DNA of 64,000 bases, from NCBI RefSeq assembly GCF_009914755.1, contig NC_060930.1; one strand, 5' to 3'. Both the position numbers and the translations under genes were made by a program. This stretch comes from the human T2T-CHM13v2.0 reference genome, Homo sapiens. Positions 33,575 to 53,408 of this stretch are shown piece by piece. The notes beneath the pieces are model-generated. The model was not told where the DNA came from and did no database searches. It worked only from the letters and a program-made list of their open reading frames with translations. Each line of letters starts with the position of its first letter. Within the stretch, counting starts at the first letter, position 1.

Positions 33575-33995
33575 TGGGACATGCAGTAGACGTGGAGCTA
33601 GGGCGTTCAAGTCTTCCTTCCAGCAAGGACTTGCAGCCCAGCTGTGGGGAGTGTGGTTTGCAGACGGTCACCAGCTCCTTCAGGTTCTGCCCGAACAGCA
33701 GAGAACCACCTTGTCCAAGGTCATGCTCTTCCTGAGTATGACTGAGTGTTGAATGAGCAAGGGAAGGCCAAAGCACAGCCGTTCAGCCTGAATGGGGCGG
33801 ATTGATAAGCAATTCCACTCCCAAGCCCCACCAGGTTGGCCCAAGCTGTGCTAGGCTACATCGCAGTTCAACTCCTTTCTCTGCTCCATCCTGCTTCTTC
33901 CCTCTTTGTTCACAATAAACATCTTGATTCCTAATAAACATCTTGCACCGCAAACTCCTTTCCAGGGTCTGCTTCTGAAGAAATCCATCTGCGGT
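33575..33995 (+). mobile_element. LTR16-like (ERVL) solo LTR inside L1ME
   Basis: cctaataaacatcttgcac...agggtctgcttct 3' signature. Confidence 0.6.
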
Positions 33996-34609
33996 GTGAA
34001 GTGCCTTTTTGAAAAAAAGGCCTATTGCCCGTCTTCCTGTGGGGTTGTCTAGTTTTTTTCTTACCAATTTGCTGCTTTTTGTTTAGTGTGGATACAAGTC
34101 CTTTGTCAATTACATGTGTGGCAAATATCTTCTCTCACTATGTGTCTTGCCTTGTTAATTTCTTTATTGTGTCTTTGAAGAACAGAAGGTCTTCATTTAG
34201 ATGTAATTCAATTTATCAATTTATTTCTTTTCTATATACGTTCTTTGTATCCTGTTTAAGAAATATTTTCCTATCCTAAGGTTATGAATGTATTCTCCTA
34301 TATTATATTCTAAAAGCTTTTATTGTTTTGCCTTTCAGATTTACATTTATACACCACCTGGAATTAATTGTTTCATAAGGCGTGAGGCTGGGACCATGTA
34401 ACATTTTTTTCCCAATTGGATATGCTATTGCCCCAGCACTATATTTCGAAAATGCCTTCTTTCCCCATGGTGCTGTAATGCCAACTCGTCCCGTACATCA
34501 AGTGTGAGTCTGCCCACATATGTGGGTCTGTTTCTGGATTTCCATTCTATATCATTGGCCTATCTGTTTTTGTCCCAATACCACACAGTCCAATACCCAT
34601 TGGTTTTTT

Positions 34610-36373
<1,764 letters not shown>

Positions 36374-36635
36374 TTTTTGTTGGTTTTTTTTTTTTCACTT
36401 TCTTTTTTTTTTTTAATTTATTTTTTTATTATTATACTTTAAGTTTTAGCGTACATGTGCACATTGTGCAGGTTAGTTACATACGTATACATGTGCCATG
36501 CTGGTGTGCTGCACCCACTAACTCGTCATCTAGCATTAGGTATATATCCCAATGCTATCCCTCCCCCCTCCCCCCACCCCACAACAGTCCCCAGAGTGTG
36601 ATATTCCCCTTCCTGTGTCCATGTGATCTCATTGT

Positions 36636-40464
<3,829 letters not shown>

Positions 40465-40511
40465 TATGATGTTAGCTGGTTATTTTGCTCGTTAGTTGAT
40501 GCAGTTTCTTC

Positions 40512-41543
40512 CTAGTCTCGATTGTCTTTACATTTGGGCATGATTTTGCAGCGGCTGGTACCAGTTGTTCCTTTCCATTTTAGCGCTTCCTTCAGGAGCT
40601 CTTTTAGGGCAGGCCTGGTGGTGACAAAATCTCTCAGCATTTGCTTGTCTGTAAAGGATTTTATTTCTCCTTCACTTTTGAAGCTTAGTTTGGCTGGATA
40701 TGAAATTCTGGGTTGAAAATTCTTTTCTTTAAGAATGTTGAATATTGGCCCCCACTCTCTTCTGGCTTGTAGGGTTTCTGCCGAGAGATCCGCTGTTAGT
40801 CTGATGGGCTTCCCTTTGTGGGTAACCCGACCTTTCTCTCTGGCTGCCCTTAACATTTTTTCCTTCATTTCAACTTTGGTGAATCTGACAATTATGTGTC
40901 TTGGAGTTGCTCTTCTCGAGGAGTATCTTTGTGGCGTTCTGTGTATTTCCTGAATCTGAACGTTGGCCTGCCTTGCTAGATTGGGGAAATTCTCCTGGAT
41001 AATATCCTGCAGAGTGTTTTCCAACTTGGTTCCATTCTCCCCATCACTTTCAGGTACACCAATCAGACGTAGATTTGGTCTTTTCACATAGTCCCATATT
41101 TCTTGGAGGCTTTGCTCGTTTCTTTTTATTCTTTTTTCTCTAAACTTTCCTTCTCGCTTCATTTCATTCATTTCATCGTCCACTGCTGATACCCTTTCTT
41201 CCAGTTGATCACATCGGCTCCTGAGGTTTCTGCATTCTTCACATAGTTCTCGAGCCTTGGTTTTCAGCTCCATCAGCTCCTTTAAGCACTTCTCTGTATT
41301 GGTTATTCTAGTTATACATTCTTCTAAATTTTTTTCAAAGTTTTCAACTTCTTTGCCTTTGGTTTGAATGTCCTCCCGTAGCTCAGAGTAATTTGATCGT
41401 CTGAAGCCTTCTTCTCTCAGCTCGTCAAAGTCATTCTCCGTCCAGCTTTGTTCCGTTGCTGGTGAGGAGCTGCGTTCCTTTGGAGGAGGAGAGGCGCTCT
41501 GATTTTTAGAGTTTCCAGTTTTTCTGTTCTGTTTTTTCCCCAT
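40512..41543 (-). pseudogene. L1 ORF1p with a C-terminal frameshift
   Basis: MGKKQNRKTGNSK... intact until ...KEAL, then an aberrant KWKGTTG tail in place of NMERNN (1-nt deletion near 40578). Confidence 0.9.
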
Positions 41544-42449
41544 CTTTGTGGTTTTATCTACTTTTGGTCTTTGATGATGGTGATGTACAGATGGGTTTTT
41601 GGTGTGGATGTCCTTTCTGTTTGTTAGTTTTCCTTCTAACAGACAGGACCCTCAGCTGCAGGTCTGTTGGAGTACCCTGCAGTGTGAGGTGTCAGTGTGC
41701 CCCTGCTGGAGAGTGCCTCCCAGTTAGGCTGCTCGGGGGTCAGGGGTCAGGGACCCACTTGAGAAGGCAGTCTGCCCGTTCTCAGATCTCCAGCTGCGTA
41801 CTGGGAGAACCACTGCTCTCTTCAAAGCTGTCAGACAGGGACATTTAAGTCTGCAGAAGTTACTGCTGTCTTTTTGTTTGTCTGTGCCCTGCCCCCAGAG
41901 GTGGAGCCTACAGAGGCAGGCAGGCCTCCTTGAGCTGTGGTGGGCTCCACCCAGTTCGAGCTTCCCGGCTGCTTTGTTTACCTAAGCAGGCCTGGGCAAT
42001 GGTGGGCGCCCCTCCCCGTGCCTGGCTGCCGCCTTGCTGTTTGATCTCAGACTGCTGTGCTAGCAATCAGCGAGACTCCGTGGGGTAGGACCCTCCGAGC
42101 CTGGTGGGGGATATAATCTCGTGGTGCGCCGTTTTTTAAGCCGGTCGGAAAAGCGCAGTATTCGGGTGGGAGTGACCCGATTTTCCCGATTTTCCAGGTG
42201 CTGTCCGTCACCCCTTTCTTTGATTAGGAAAGGGAACTCCCTGACCCCTTGCGCTTCCCGAGTGAGGCAATGCCTCGCCCTGCTTTGGCTCGTGCACGGT
42301 GCACGCACCCACTGACCTGTGCCCACTGTCTGGCACTCCCTAGTGAGATGAACCCAGTACCTCAGATGGAAATGCAGAAATCACCCGTCTTCTGCGTCAC
42401 TCAGGCTGGGAGCTGTAGACCGGAGCTGTTCCTATTCGGCCATCTTGGC

Positions 42450-43830
<1,381 letters not shown>

Positions 43831-45260
43831 TAATTCTCATTCTCTTTTAATCCCACTTAGATGGGCCAAATAAAAAGGCCTAAGAATATTAACTTCAGGT
43901 TGATTTTTCTGCAATCAGCAGGAATCTAGTCATGCTGGAGTGGGTCTGTGGTCTCACAGCAAAAATGCTGTCTGTAAATGGTCCTCTAGGTTTAGAGAAA
44001 TCAGAGAAAGACCATCAGTTCTTTCACCAATATCCCTGAATTTTGCTGTGGTTTATATGCTAATTTGAGCACAAGTGTTCACCTGTACCACAGGCTCCTC
44101 CCCCACCCTGCCCCAGCTCTGTATCATCCTTAATTGCTCAGCAGCAGAGATATGCTGGCTCTCAGGGGTCAGGGATTTCAGCTTCAGAGGTGTTGGATGA
44201 CTTGCACACAGTAGGCTGGAGAAATTATCATGATGCCAACTGGGTCACTAGGCTAGGTTGCCTTGCCCAGGCAGAAAGCCACAGGTTATACCCCAGACAC
44301 TGGGCAATGATCCAGTTGCTCTTTGAAGCAGAAACTTTGCCTGTTCTTAGGATAAGAGCACTTCCCAGCAAATTTCTGTCTCCAGAGGTGACATCCAAGA
44401 AGTAACTGTAATGAAGTCCTTGTCCATCAACTCTTCCACCATGGGTGCACATGTGAATAAATAGTAGACTATTTAGACTGAATGGGAAAGGCTTATTGGC
44501 AGCAATAGGAGGAATCTAACCTTCAAATATTCATTCTGCTAGCTCAGAATGCCTGCTCAAATTTCAATTCAATAAATATATGCCATCCAGCGAGTTAGAC
44601 TTCAGCAACTTTCAGAGTTCCCACACTGGTGGGAAACAGAAGCAAATGCAAAAAATTCAGGCAGGCTGTAAGCACTGTCCTGGAAAATTCCAAAGTGTTT
44701 TCATCTTATTGTGTGTTGCTATATTGCTGGGATGCATTTTAGTAACTGGAAGGCAGCAGAAAAGATTTGCAAGAAGAAATTTTAGAGTGCTCGAAGTTAA
44801 ACCTAATAGTCATTTCTAGAAATCCATTCTTCACAGAACGGATGTCTTCATTTTCCCTCAGCTTCCGCCCTCAGTCCTGACGTAAAAAGTAATATTTAAA
44901 TACAATCAAAGAAATTCTCCAAGAAACACATATTTGGCCCAGTGAGAAGCCTGCTAAGGTTTAGAATTAGAACCTCAAATAGATCCTTTAGAATCCCCAC
45001 TCAGTAGAAAAAAGAGGGTGAATAGATGCAAGGAAGACAGACTGGGCAGTCTATGCCACCATCTTGGCCTCGTAAGGTCAAAGATTGGACACCCAGGGGA
45101 TCAAGCCCTGCTCTACCTCTAGGTAATCACATTCAAGGCTGGGGAAGAATGTATTGCTTCTGTCAAGGCAGTTACCTAGAACTGTAACACTTTGAATCAC
45201 TTTTCTTCAGCAAGCATAAGCTGCACCACTTTAGATTGGGATGGATCTTAAAGGTCCCTT

Positions 45261-45291
45261 TGCGCGCGCGCGCGTGTGTGTGTGTGTGTGT
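45261..45291. repeat. (GC)6-(GT)9 alternating purine-pyrimidine tract
   Basis: tgcgcgcgcgcgcgtgtgtgtgtgtgtgtgt. Confidence 0.95.
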
Positions 45292-45438
45292 TAAAGACAG
45301 AGTCTAGCTCTGTTGTCCAGGCTGCAGTGCAGTGGTGCAAACACAGCTCATGGGAGCCTCGACCTCCTGGGCTCAAGTGATCCTCCCACCTCAGCCTCCC
45401 AAAGTGCTGGAACTATAGGTGCATGCCACCATGCCTGG
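45292..45438 (-). mobile_element. Alu monomer (FAM/FRAM-like or internally deleted AluJ)
   Basis: Single antisense Alu arm whose tail has become the GC/GT tract. Confidence 0.75.
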
Positions 45439-45670
45439 TCCCCCTTCACCCTTTTGGCTAAGATGAAGTCACCTAACCTGGAAGCCCACATATCTTGGCA
45501 CAATGGGATCTCATTTCAACACAGCATGGGGGTTCTGAGATAGAGGGAGGGATCTGACTCAAGTATAACCATGGGCCCATTCTCCAAGAACATTAGTGGC
45601 TGTGGTGGGCTATGATAGAGCAGGTGGTCACACTAGACCTGATCTGGCCAGCTTCCACTTTAATAAGGGC

Positions 45671-45723
<53 letters not shown>
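45671..45723. repeat. (TG)n microsatellite
   Basis: About 25 TG units. Confidence 0.95.
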
Positions 45724-45724
<1 letters not shown>

Positions 45725-47759
45725 GGTTTCCTTCCTGACCTTCCAAAATGGAAAGATGGAGAATGAGGGTTGTGGAACAGGGTGCAGCACGCTGCAGGGG
45801 AAGATCCAAGATCCCAGGGTCCCAGCTCCAGTTCACCAGCAGTGCCAAGTCACTCCTCGTCTCTGGTTCTTTGTTTCTCTATCCCCCCTTCGTATCAATG
45901 TCTGACCCTCTGTGGGCACAACAGGGAATGCAATTTGCTCCAAATCAGAGCTGTAGCATGGGTGCCCCATAAATACAAGTATGCAGCACTTACATACATG
46001 CTTTCATTCCTTTCCCATGATAATGTTGCCCATGGAGGCAGTAGTCTACCCCATGTAGTCGACCTCCATGGGTAGCATACTCAAGACTAAAGTCAGGGGT
46101 TTTGTTTCTATCCCTACGTTCCAGCTCTGCTTCTATTAGGCTGTGGAGGGGATTAGGGAGGAGGGACTTGGTTCAATCAGATGCAAATGCAAGGAAAACT
46201 TTAGAAATCATACTGAGTGACATAGAGAAAGGCTTGTTTTTTTTTTTTTTTTAAGATTTCTCACTCTAAAAAGAACTCCTTTTAACACACTGAAACATTC
46301 AAAATTCTACTCAAAACCCAGTTTTAGTATTATCGAACATAAACTGTGTCTACAGTGTGCTATTCCTGAAGTGTCACTCCTGACATTTAGTGCGATACCC
46401 TGTCATTAAGTCAGCAGACTTGAAAGATGTGGGGGTTTTCAGTGTATAAAGAAATAATGCTGAGGATCATAACACTACAGTTTCATCCCCCATTCTCAAA
46501 AGCACTTTGCTGCTAATCACATTAATCTTTATAATTTCCATGATAATAGACCCAGATCAGTGTTTTGTGAGTAGGGATGGGTAGGTGGGGCAAGATTTTA
46601 TTGGGATCGTGGGAAAAAGAGTGACTACTGAGTTCTGAACCAGGAGCTGGCTGCAGGAAGAGCAGTGACTCTAAGATACTTGAAAGGGGGTGCCTTGCCA
46701 TCTTTCAACTTGAGCCACCTCTCCTGGCTCTCTCCCTGTTTAATAGATGCTGTCAGGTCAAGAAGAGGAACAGTAAGCTTTGGGAGGAACTTGGAAAGTG
46801 ACATAGAGCCTAGCCAATGACTGGAGTCCCAAGAACCTGGCAGAGAATTGGGAAATAAAAAAGCTGCAGAAACGTTGGATGTGATTATAAAGCACACAGA
46901 CTAATTGGACAAAGATACAGAAGCAGGCTAATGCATATGAATGAGGGAGTTTACCACGATCCCACGAACACTACTGAATGACGATGTCTGCTTGGGAATC
47001 GTCAGACCTGGTTGGAAGATAAGGATTTTTTAAGTCTCTCATTGAATTTTTGTCACGTGCCTTACTTTTTTAATCAAAATACCCATCAATGAATTGGATC
47101 CCCCCTACTGTGTATCATTTCTAAATGAACTTTTGTAGTTTAAAACACATCTCCCCCCAAAGGACAACTACCTACCAGGAAGACTGTTCAAAATAGTATT
47201 TCAAAGATTCCTCAGTTATTTCAACCAAAGGTCTAAGGCCTCCCTAAGTTTGGGCAGCATATTGGAAAAAGAACACTAAAGAAATGGCAACTATTCTACA
47301 AGGAACCAGACTTCCTTGGAGGAAAATGTTCAGTTTGTCCAGAAAGGAAGGGTATGGGTTTTGTATTTTGTGGGGAGGGGTGGAAGGTTTGGGGAAGGAG
47401 TGCAGAAAGCGATAATCAAAATCTCTTATGGTTACCATGTAGAATAGGTATAGTGTTCCTTCTTGTAGATACCCTGTTTTGCACTGTCACAATGGACTGG
47501 ATTCAACTTAGAAAATTCTGGATATTTTTTAGTTGGTGCACGGGTAAGTAAATTATCTTCAGTTGCAACATAAAACTATCTTTGACAATAAAACTATCTT
47601 TGACAATAAAACATTTCCAAGGAGTTTAAATGTATATTATTCTCAAGGAAACTGCCTAAGTGGTCCTAGTTTTCACAAAATAGACCTCATTCCCTTTGAA
47701 AATCAGTGTTCTATAATATCTCTTTGTAAATACAGGTCCTATATGTATTGAATTCCAGC

Positions 47760-48199
47760 TGTTGAGAGACAGTTTTCCATGAGTCTCTCATGTCTCTGCA
47801 CACCTGTGATCAAAGGCACACAGGCTTTTGTTCTAGACTATCTTTTCAAGGGTGTCTGTATGGCAAACAGCCTTGGAAGGCAGTGTCTCCCTCCCAGAAA
47901 GAGGGTGAGTTTGTTTGCTGTCCAGGATAAGATCAAGACAGGGTTGCTTGCAGGCTTGACAGGGTTAGGTCTCCCAAGCTTGGAGTTCCTCAGCTGTGAT
48001 ATGAACAGCATCTGCCTGGCCACTCCACATCGCCTCCGTGGGAACTTGGAAGACAACAGGAACAGATGGGGAACATGAAGCTCATGCCACCTGCTGTGCC
48101 TGTGTCTTTGGAGTCTTCTGTGTTTTGTCGGCATCCATGACACTGGCAGGTTAACTTGTTAGCTTGCATGTAAAAACTCTGGACTCTTAATAGTTGACA
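47760..48199 (+). mobile_element. LTR47-like solo LTR
   Basis: TGTTGAGAGACAGTTTTCCATGAGTCTCTC start, ctatcttttcaagg...gcaaacagccttggaag, TTGACA end. Confidence 0.6.
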
Positions 48200-48393
48200 C
48201 CTATCAGGCAAACAGGTTAGATTTTGTAGAGTTAAGGAATTACCATGTCCTATTTGATTGTCCACCTCTCTCAAGCAAACAAATGCAATTTGGAATTCCA
48301 GCACAATGAATACATATGGATTGTCTTTTGGAGTTGGTTGCAAAGGGACTTAATGTTTCTAGACAGTAAATTTAATGGGTTAAAGGACACACA

Positions 48394-48681
48394 GCCAGGT
48401 GCGGTGGTTCATGCCTATAGTGCCAATACTTTGGGTGGCCAAGGGTTGAAGTTAGGAGTTCGAGGCCAGCCTGGGCAACATAGCAAGACCCCTGTCTCTA
48501 AATAAATAAATACAATGAGCCAGGTTAGTGCCCGTGGTCCCAGCTACTTCGGAGGGGGCTGACATAGGAGAATCACTTGATCCCAGGAGTTGAGGCTGCA
48601 GTGAGCTATGATTGCACCACTGTACTCCAGCCTGAGCGATAGAGCATGACCCTGCCTCTAAAAAAATAATAAATAAATAAC
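48394..48681 (+). mobile_element. AluJ
   Basis: Alu dimer with deletions; TSD aaaggacaca. Confidence 0.85.
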
Positions 48682-48850
48682 AAAGGACACATGTAAAGAA
48701 GAAAAAGGTTAGGGGAAAACATAAAAGATCAAAAGAGAGGGAGGAAATCCCAGAAGGTGCAGATACAAATAAATTACAAAGCATTTCTTTAATCGTGGCT
48801 TTTAGTCTGAAACGAAACACACCATTCTTTGTTAAAGAAAATTACAGCCC

Positions 48851-48869
48851 TATCGCCCTCTACTGGAAC
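48851..48869 (-). promoter_or_regulatory. CTCF-like motif
   Basis: GTTCCAGTAGAGGGCGATA, core CCAGTAGAGGGCG. Confidence 0.55.
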
Positions 48870-49404
48870 GAGGCTGGAAAATACAGAGAAATAGCTTGAA
48901 GTTAACTCTTAATGGAATCTGTTCACACTGAAGTCCATTGCTGCTATTATCCAGATGTTAAAGTGTAAACCTCAGGTGTTTCGGGTAAGGTATGAGGGCT
49001 ACAGCTCCCTTTGTGTACCCAGGCTGATAGGTTAACGCTAAACAACCTCGTGCTGAACAGAGTGGCCAGTCCTTCCCACACTCACCTTCCATTTGCAGCA
49101 GTCACTGATTGCCAGGACCAGCAACAGGCTGTGATTTGCTCAAAGTCCCAGCAAGTCGTCCCCAGCACTGCTGCTCCATACCTGCACCACCTGCACTCCA
49201 CAGACAACCGTTGTGCAGAACCCTCCCCTTGCCTATCAATCCCACCTCCAGACCTACTCAGCTCTATCTCATAAAAGTCTCACTTTGCTCTTGGCAGCTA
49301 CAGTAGGGCTGCACACAGTGAATGCCAACCCACCAACTCCAGAGTATATCACTCTGTGATCTCAGGTGGTGAGTGTCAAATGTCACCCTATCAATACCAC
49401 AAAG

Positions 49405-49635
49405 CAGTGGTGCCCAAATGTTTTGATCATGGACCCAAATCAGAAAAAAAAAAAATTAATGCACCAATAAATGTTTATTTATAAATAATAGAAGTGTACA
49501 ATTGTACAATATATTATGTACATTATAAAACACACAAAAATAGAAATTTAAAAGGATGAGATTAAATACAAATAATCATCTTAATACTTCCTCAATGGAT
49601 TGATCATCTCCACGCCCCTGGGATGTATACACCCC
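49405..49635. mobile_element. hAT/Charlie-like DNA transposon remnant
   Basis: CAGTGGTGCCCAAA terminus and AT-rich body tatattatgtacattataaaacacacaaaaatagaaattt. Confidence 0.5.
49445..49520 (-). terminator. SEC63: Distal SEC63 polyadenylation site
   Basis: AATAAA at 49474-49479, upstream TGTA motifs (tgtacaattgtaca, 49495-49508) and a downstream U-run. Confidence 0.55.
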
Positions 49636-49998
49636 CACCTGAAACAATAGCCCTAAAGTATGTCAATGATTGTTATTTGGGTTTTCAGCTCAGGTTACAG
49701 AAATATGTACAAGATCGCATCTTTTTAAGTTTTGCAAAATAGCCCTAGCATCAAGTTTAAATGGATGAGAATGCTTGGTGCTAACTTCTTGAGACATATT
49801 TGGACTAATCACTACACAGCTGGTAAAATGTCGTTATGGTTCACCAACAGTTATTTCACTTTAAGGCAGTCTAAATAGAGGATTTCATGGAGTTAAATCA
49901 GACCGTTTGTGGGAAAATTGTTTCTTAAAAAAAAAAAACATTTTAAAGGAAAGGATGATGATTTGTTGTTTTTGGTTTTTTTCCAAAAAAACCCAACA

Positions 49999-50337
<339 letters not shown>

Positions 50338-52444
50338 CTAAAGAAATAATTCTTCTGCCTACAGTAGATAGACTAAAAAAAAAAAAAAGGCATTCCAAAT
50401 AATAGCCAAGGCAAATGGATTTAAATGGATTGCCACTCATCTACCTGCTCTAACACCAGCGAGTGAGTTCTTAACACTATTTTTTTCATTTTGATAGCTC
50501 CAGTATCCAGTCACAGAGCCTGGCACATAGAAACTCAGTAAATATGTGATGAATGACAACCTCTCAAAAATTATGTAAGGTGCTGAATTACATTTGAAAT
50601 AAGAATTGTGACTACAGAACACTCTAGTATATGGTTTGGATTGGCTGAAGCAAACTGAACAAAACTTGTGGTCAAAAATAACATGCCTAGAGAGCCTCAT
50701 TATATCTCTCCCTCCCTGTTTCCACATCAGTTGTTTGACATCCACGCCCCCTGCTTCCACCAGAGCCTGAGCTTCCCCATACACAGTGGGACAGTACAGC
50801 TGGACAGGCCTGTCCTTTTCCAGCCCTCAGTGAAAGCTGGGAGAAGCAGAGCAGAAGGTATTGTTCTACACAGAGAACTTCACTCAATGTGCTCCCTAAC
50901 TTAAAAAAAAAATTATGAAAAATGTTTAAAAAATTCAAAAAGGACATGAACATCTAACTCTGAGATTGAGATATTAACACCTCAGGGCCTCAATCAAATA
51001 TTATAATGCTAAAATACACAACTGCTACACTTTGAATTGTGGTAAGTCTCCTCATGAACAGCTGTATTTTAATAGGTACTTTACCAATTAGAGAAAAATA
51101 TCACATAATTTAACTGTTTCAATTTCACTTCCTATACACTGTATGATCTATAGGCTCATCAATTGTTGACAAAATGTCAGTTTCTTTATAGGAAGAAAAT
51201 TGAAACTTTGCTCAAGTTTCCATTAGATTAAATGCAAACTAGGATAGTTTGTTATTCTCATTCCAGAGGAAAAACGAAGGGATGTGGAGTTTAGCGACTT
51301 GCTGGAGAGAGAAGAACTATCAACTGAAGGCTCAGTTCTTTCACTACTGCCATATGGAAAGAGGTTACCTAAAGCACTCACTAGAGGAAATTTTATTTTA
51401 CTTAGTTGGGAAGTACATACACATCACACAAAGAGAAAAGGAAAACAAACTGGTGGAATTTTCTGGTGATGGTAGTTTTTTTTTTTTTTTTTTTTTTTAA
51501 GCACTGTGGTGTTACTAGGTTATCATCCTCTCCAGAATCTTAAAACCAGAGAAGCCAGCTGTGTGAATGAACTTATAAAGCCTCTTTAAGGCAAAGTAGC
51601 CACTAGAAAAAAAAAAAACAACTTTTCTTGAAATCTTTCAAGAAAACTAGGAAATATGCATTCTACACATTGTTCTGTCTTGTCTGCTCAGTTTCCTTGC
51701 CTTTGTGCCACACCTGTTTTCTCTAATCCCTCCTTTCACTTGACACCAGCTGGCTTACCCCCTGCCACCACACTTAGGTAATCAGTAGCTGCCTCAAGAC
51801 ACTGGTGCTTCACAGCAGAACCTGATTTGAAAATTAAACCCACCCTCCTACTTGTACAATGAAGTAAATGAAAAAAATCCTCAGTGACACTGCCTCCTGC
51901 CTGCCAAGAAAGGCTCTCACTAAACTGGTGATTGAGGTTATAGAGAAAGAAACTGCTTTCACCCTTTTATAGGAAATATTACATCTTAAATTTAGAACCA
52001 AAAAAACCATTCATGGTTTTGCTAATTTTCACATTTTATTTCCAACTATTGCAGTAACAAGATGCCGGTAGTATTCTGCACTGAAAGTGGCAACCTTTTA
52101 AAGTAAACAAGGTTGCAAATTTTAGTATTCCAACAATATTTTGACCTATGGAGATTTTGATAGGAAAGAATTATTACAATCAGTTTTATAATACTACAGA
52201 CTTATGTTTCCTCCATATCTAGGAATAAAAATATCCACCCTCCCTCAATGATTCATCATGTACACATCTCTACTCTTTACAAGCACTATCCTTCCAGTTG
52301 TACTATGAGGGGAAATCCCTCTCACTCCTGGGTTTTTCTACAGTATACAGAAATAGCAGTCACTTTAGCAGTAATGTACAATACTATTCAATCTTTAGTT
52401 GAAAAATAAAGAAGTGGATTGCCCTATTTATGTCCTGATAGTAA

Positions 52445-52497
52445 AAAGACACACACCATTGAAACATAAAACGAGTCAACAAACTTCTATTTTTATT
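52445..52497 (-). terminator. SEC63: Proximal SEC63 polyadenylation site
   Basis: AATAAA (plus-strand tttatt at 52492-52497) with a GU/U-rich downstream element GGTGTGTGTCTTTTT (52443-52457). Confidence 0.65.
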
Positions 52498-52849
52498 GAC
52501 AGGAGTCCAAAATGAATACAAAAAAAGCTTCCTTTGCATGTTATACTTACTTTCCTTAAAAAGCTCCTGATAGAGTCAAGTAGACTGAAAACTAAGGATG
52601 TAGTTCAGCTTTTAGAGTGAACCTTTTTTAAAAAAGGTTTAATAACATAAGCCACCAGTATCAGAAAACATACAGTCCCACTATCACTTTTAGAGCTAGA
52701 ACTTATCAAAAGAATTAGATCCTGCATTGATCTGCTAAGATAGAGGTTTAGAAATGGTTTAAGCCATTAAAAGCCATTTTTATAATCTGTCTGATAACTC
52801 TGGGCAATTAAGAAAAGGAAAATTCCAAAACGTAGCCCTCTATATCATG

Positions 52850-52857
52850 TGGAATGT
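52850..52857 (-). promoter_or_regulatory. 8mer miR-1/miR-206 seed match (ACATTCCA) in the SEC63 3' UTR
   Basis: Plus strand tggaatgt equals minus strand ACATTCCA, complementary to seed GGAAUGU with an A1 anchor. Confidence 0.5.
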
Positions 52858-53408
52858 GAGAGAATGCCAACTTATGACCAAGATAAGTAAAAATAAAAGT
52901 TTAAATCTATGAGTGGAGCTGTTGTATCACTGCAAAATGTCAACAACAGAGCTTATCAAGAGATTATCAACTTGAGCGATGTTACTTAAACTTGAGCGAT
53001 GTTACTTAAAACATATTTGTGGTGTTTGCTAAAACTAAAGCTGAACAAAGAAAAGTCGCTCATTTACAGACTGTGTTTCCTGCATCTTTACTTTTACTGG
53101 GACCATAGACTGATCAGATAATACATAGCCCACACTTCTGGACAGTTATAATAACAAAGGATTTATTATCATTTGCAGATGAAATAAATGTACCATCCCC
53201 TACTTGAAAGGTTTCAATAAGCCTTAACATTTTTCAGGTTGTACCAAGGCACCGCCACTGCCTAGTTATATTATGCACCCATTTCAAGAGTAAAAAAACT
53301 ACACCTCCCTCAACATCAGTTCTGTACTGTTTCTGGTTTATGATACACTTCCAAAACAGCAAAAAATTGCAAATATGTGCAAACACTGTGGTCCATTCAG
53401 AGTACTGC

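Noticed and set aside
36374-36435. 3' transduction in the L1 tail (GAAAGTG and CCAAC interruptions)
   Set aside because: Too short to tell apart from poly-A decay.
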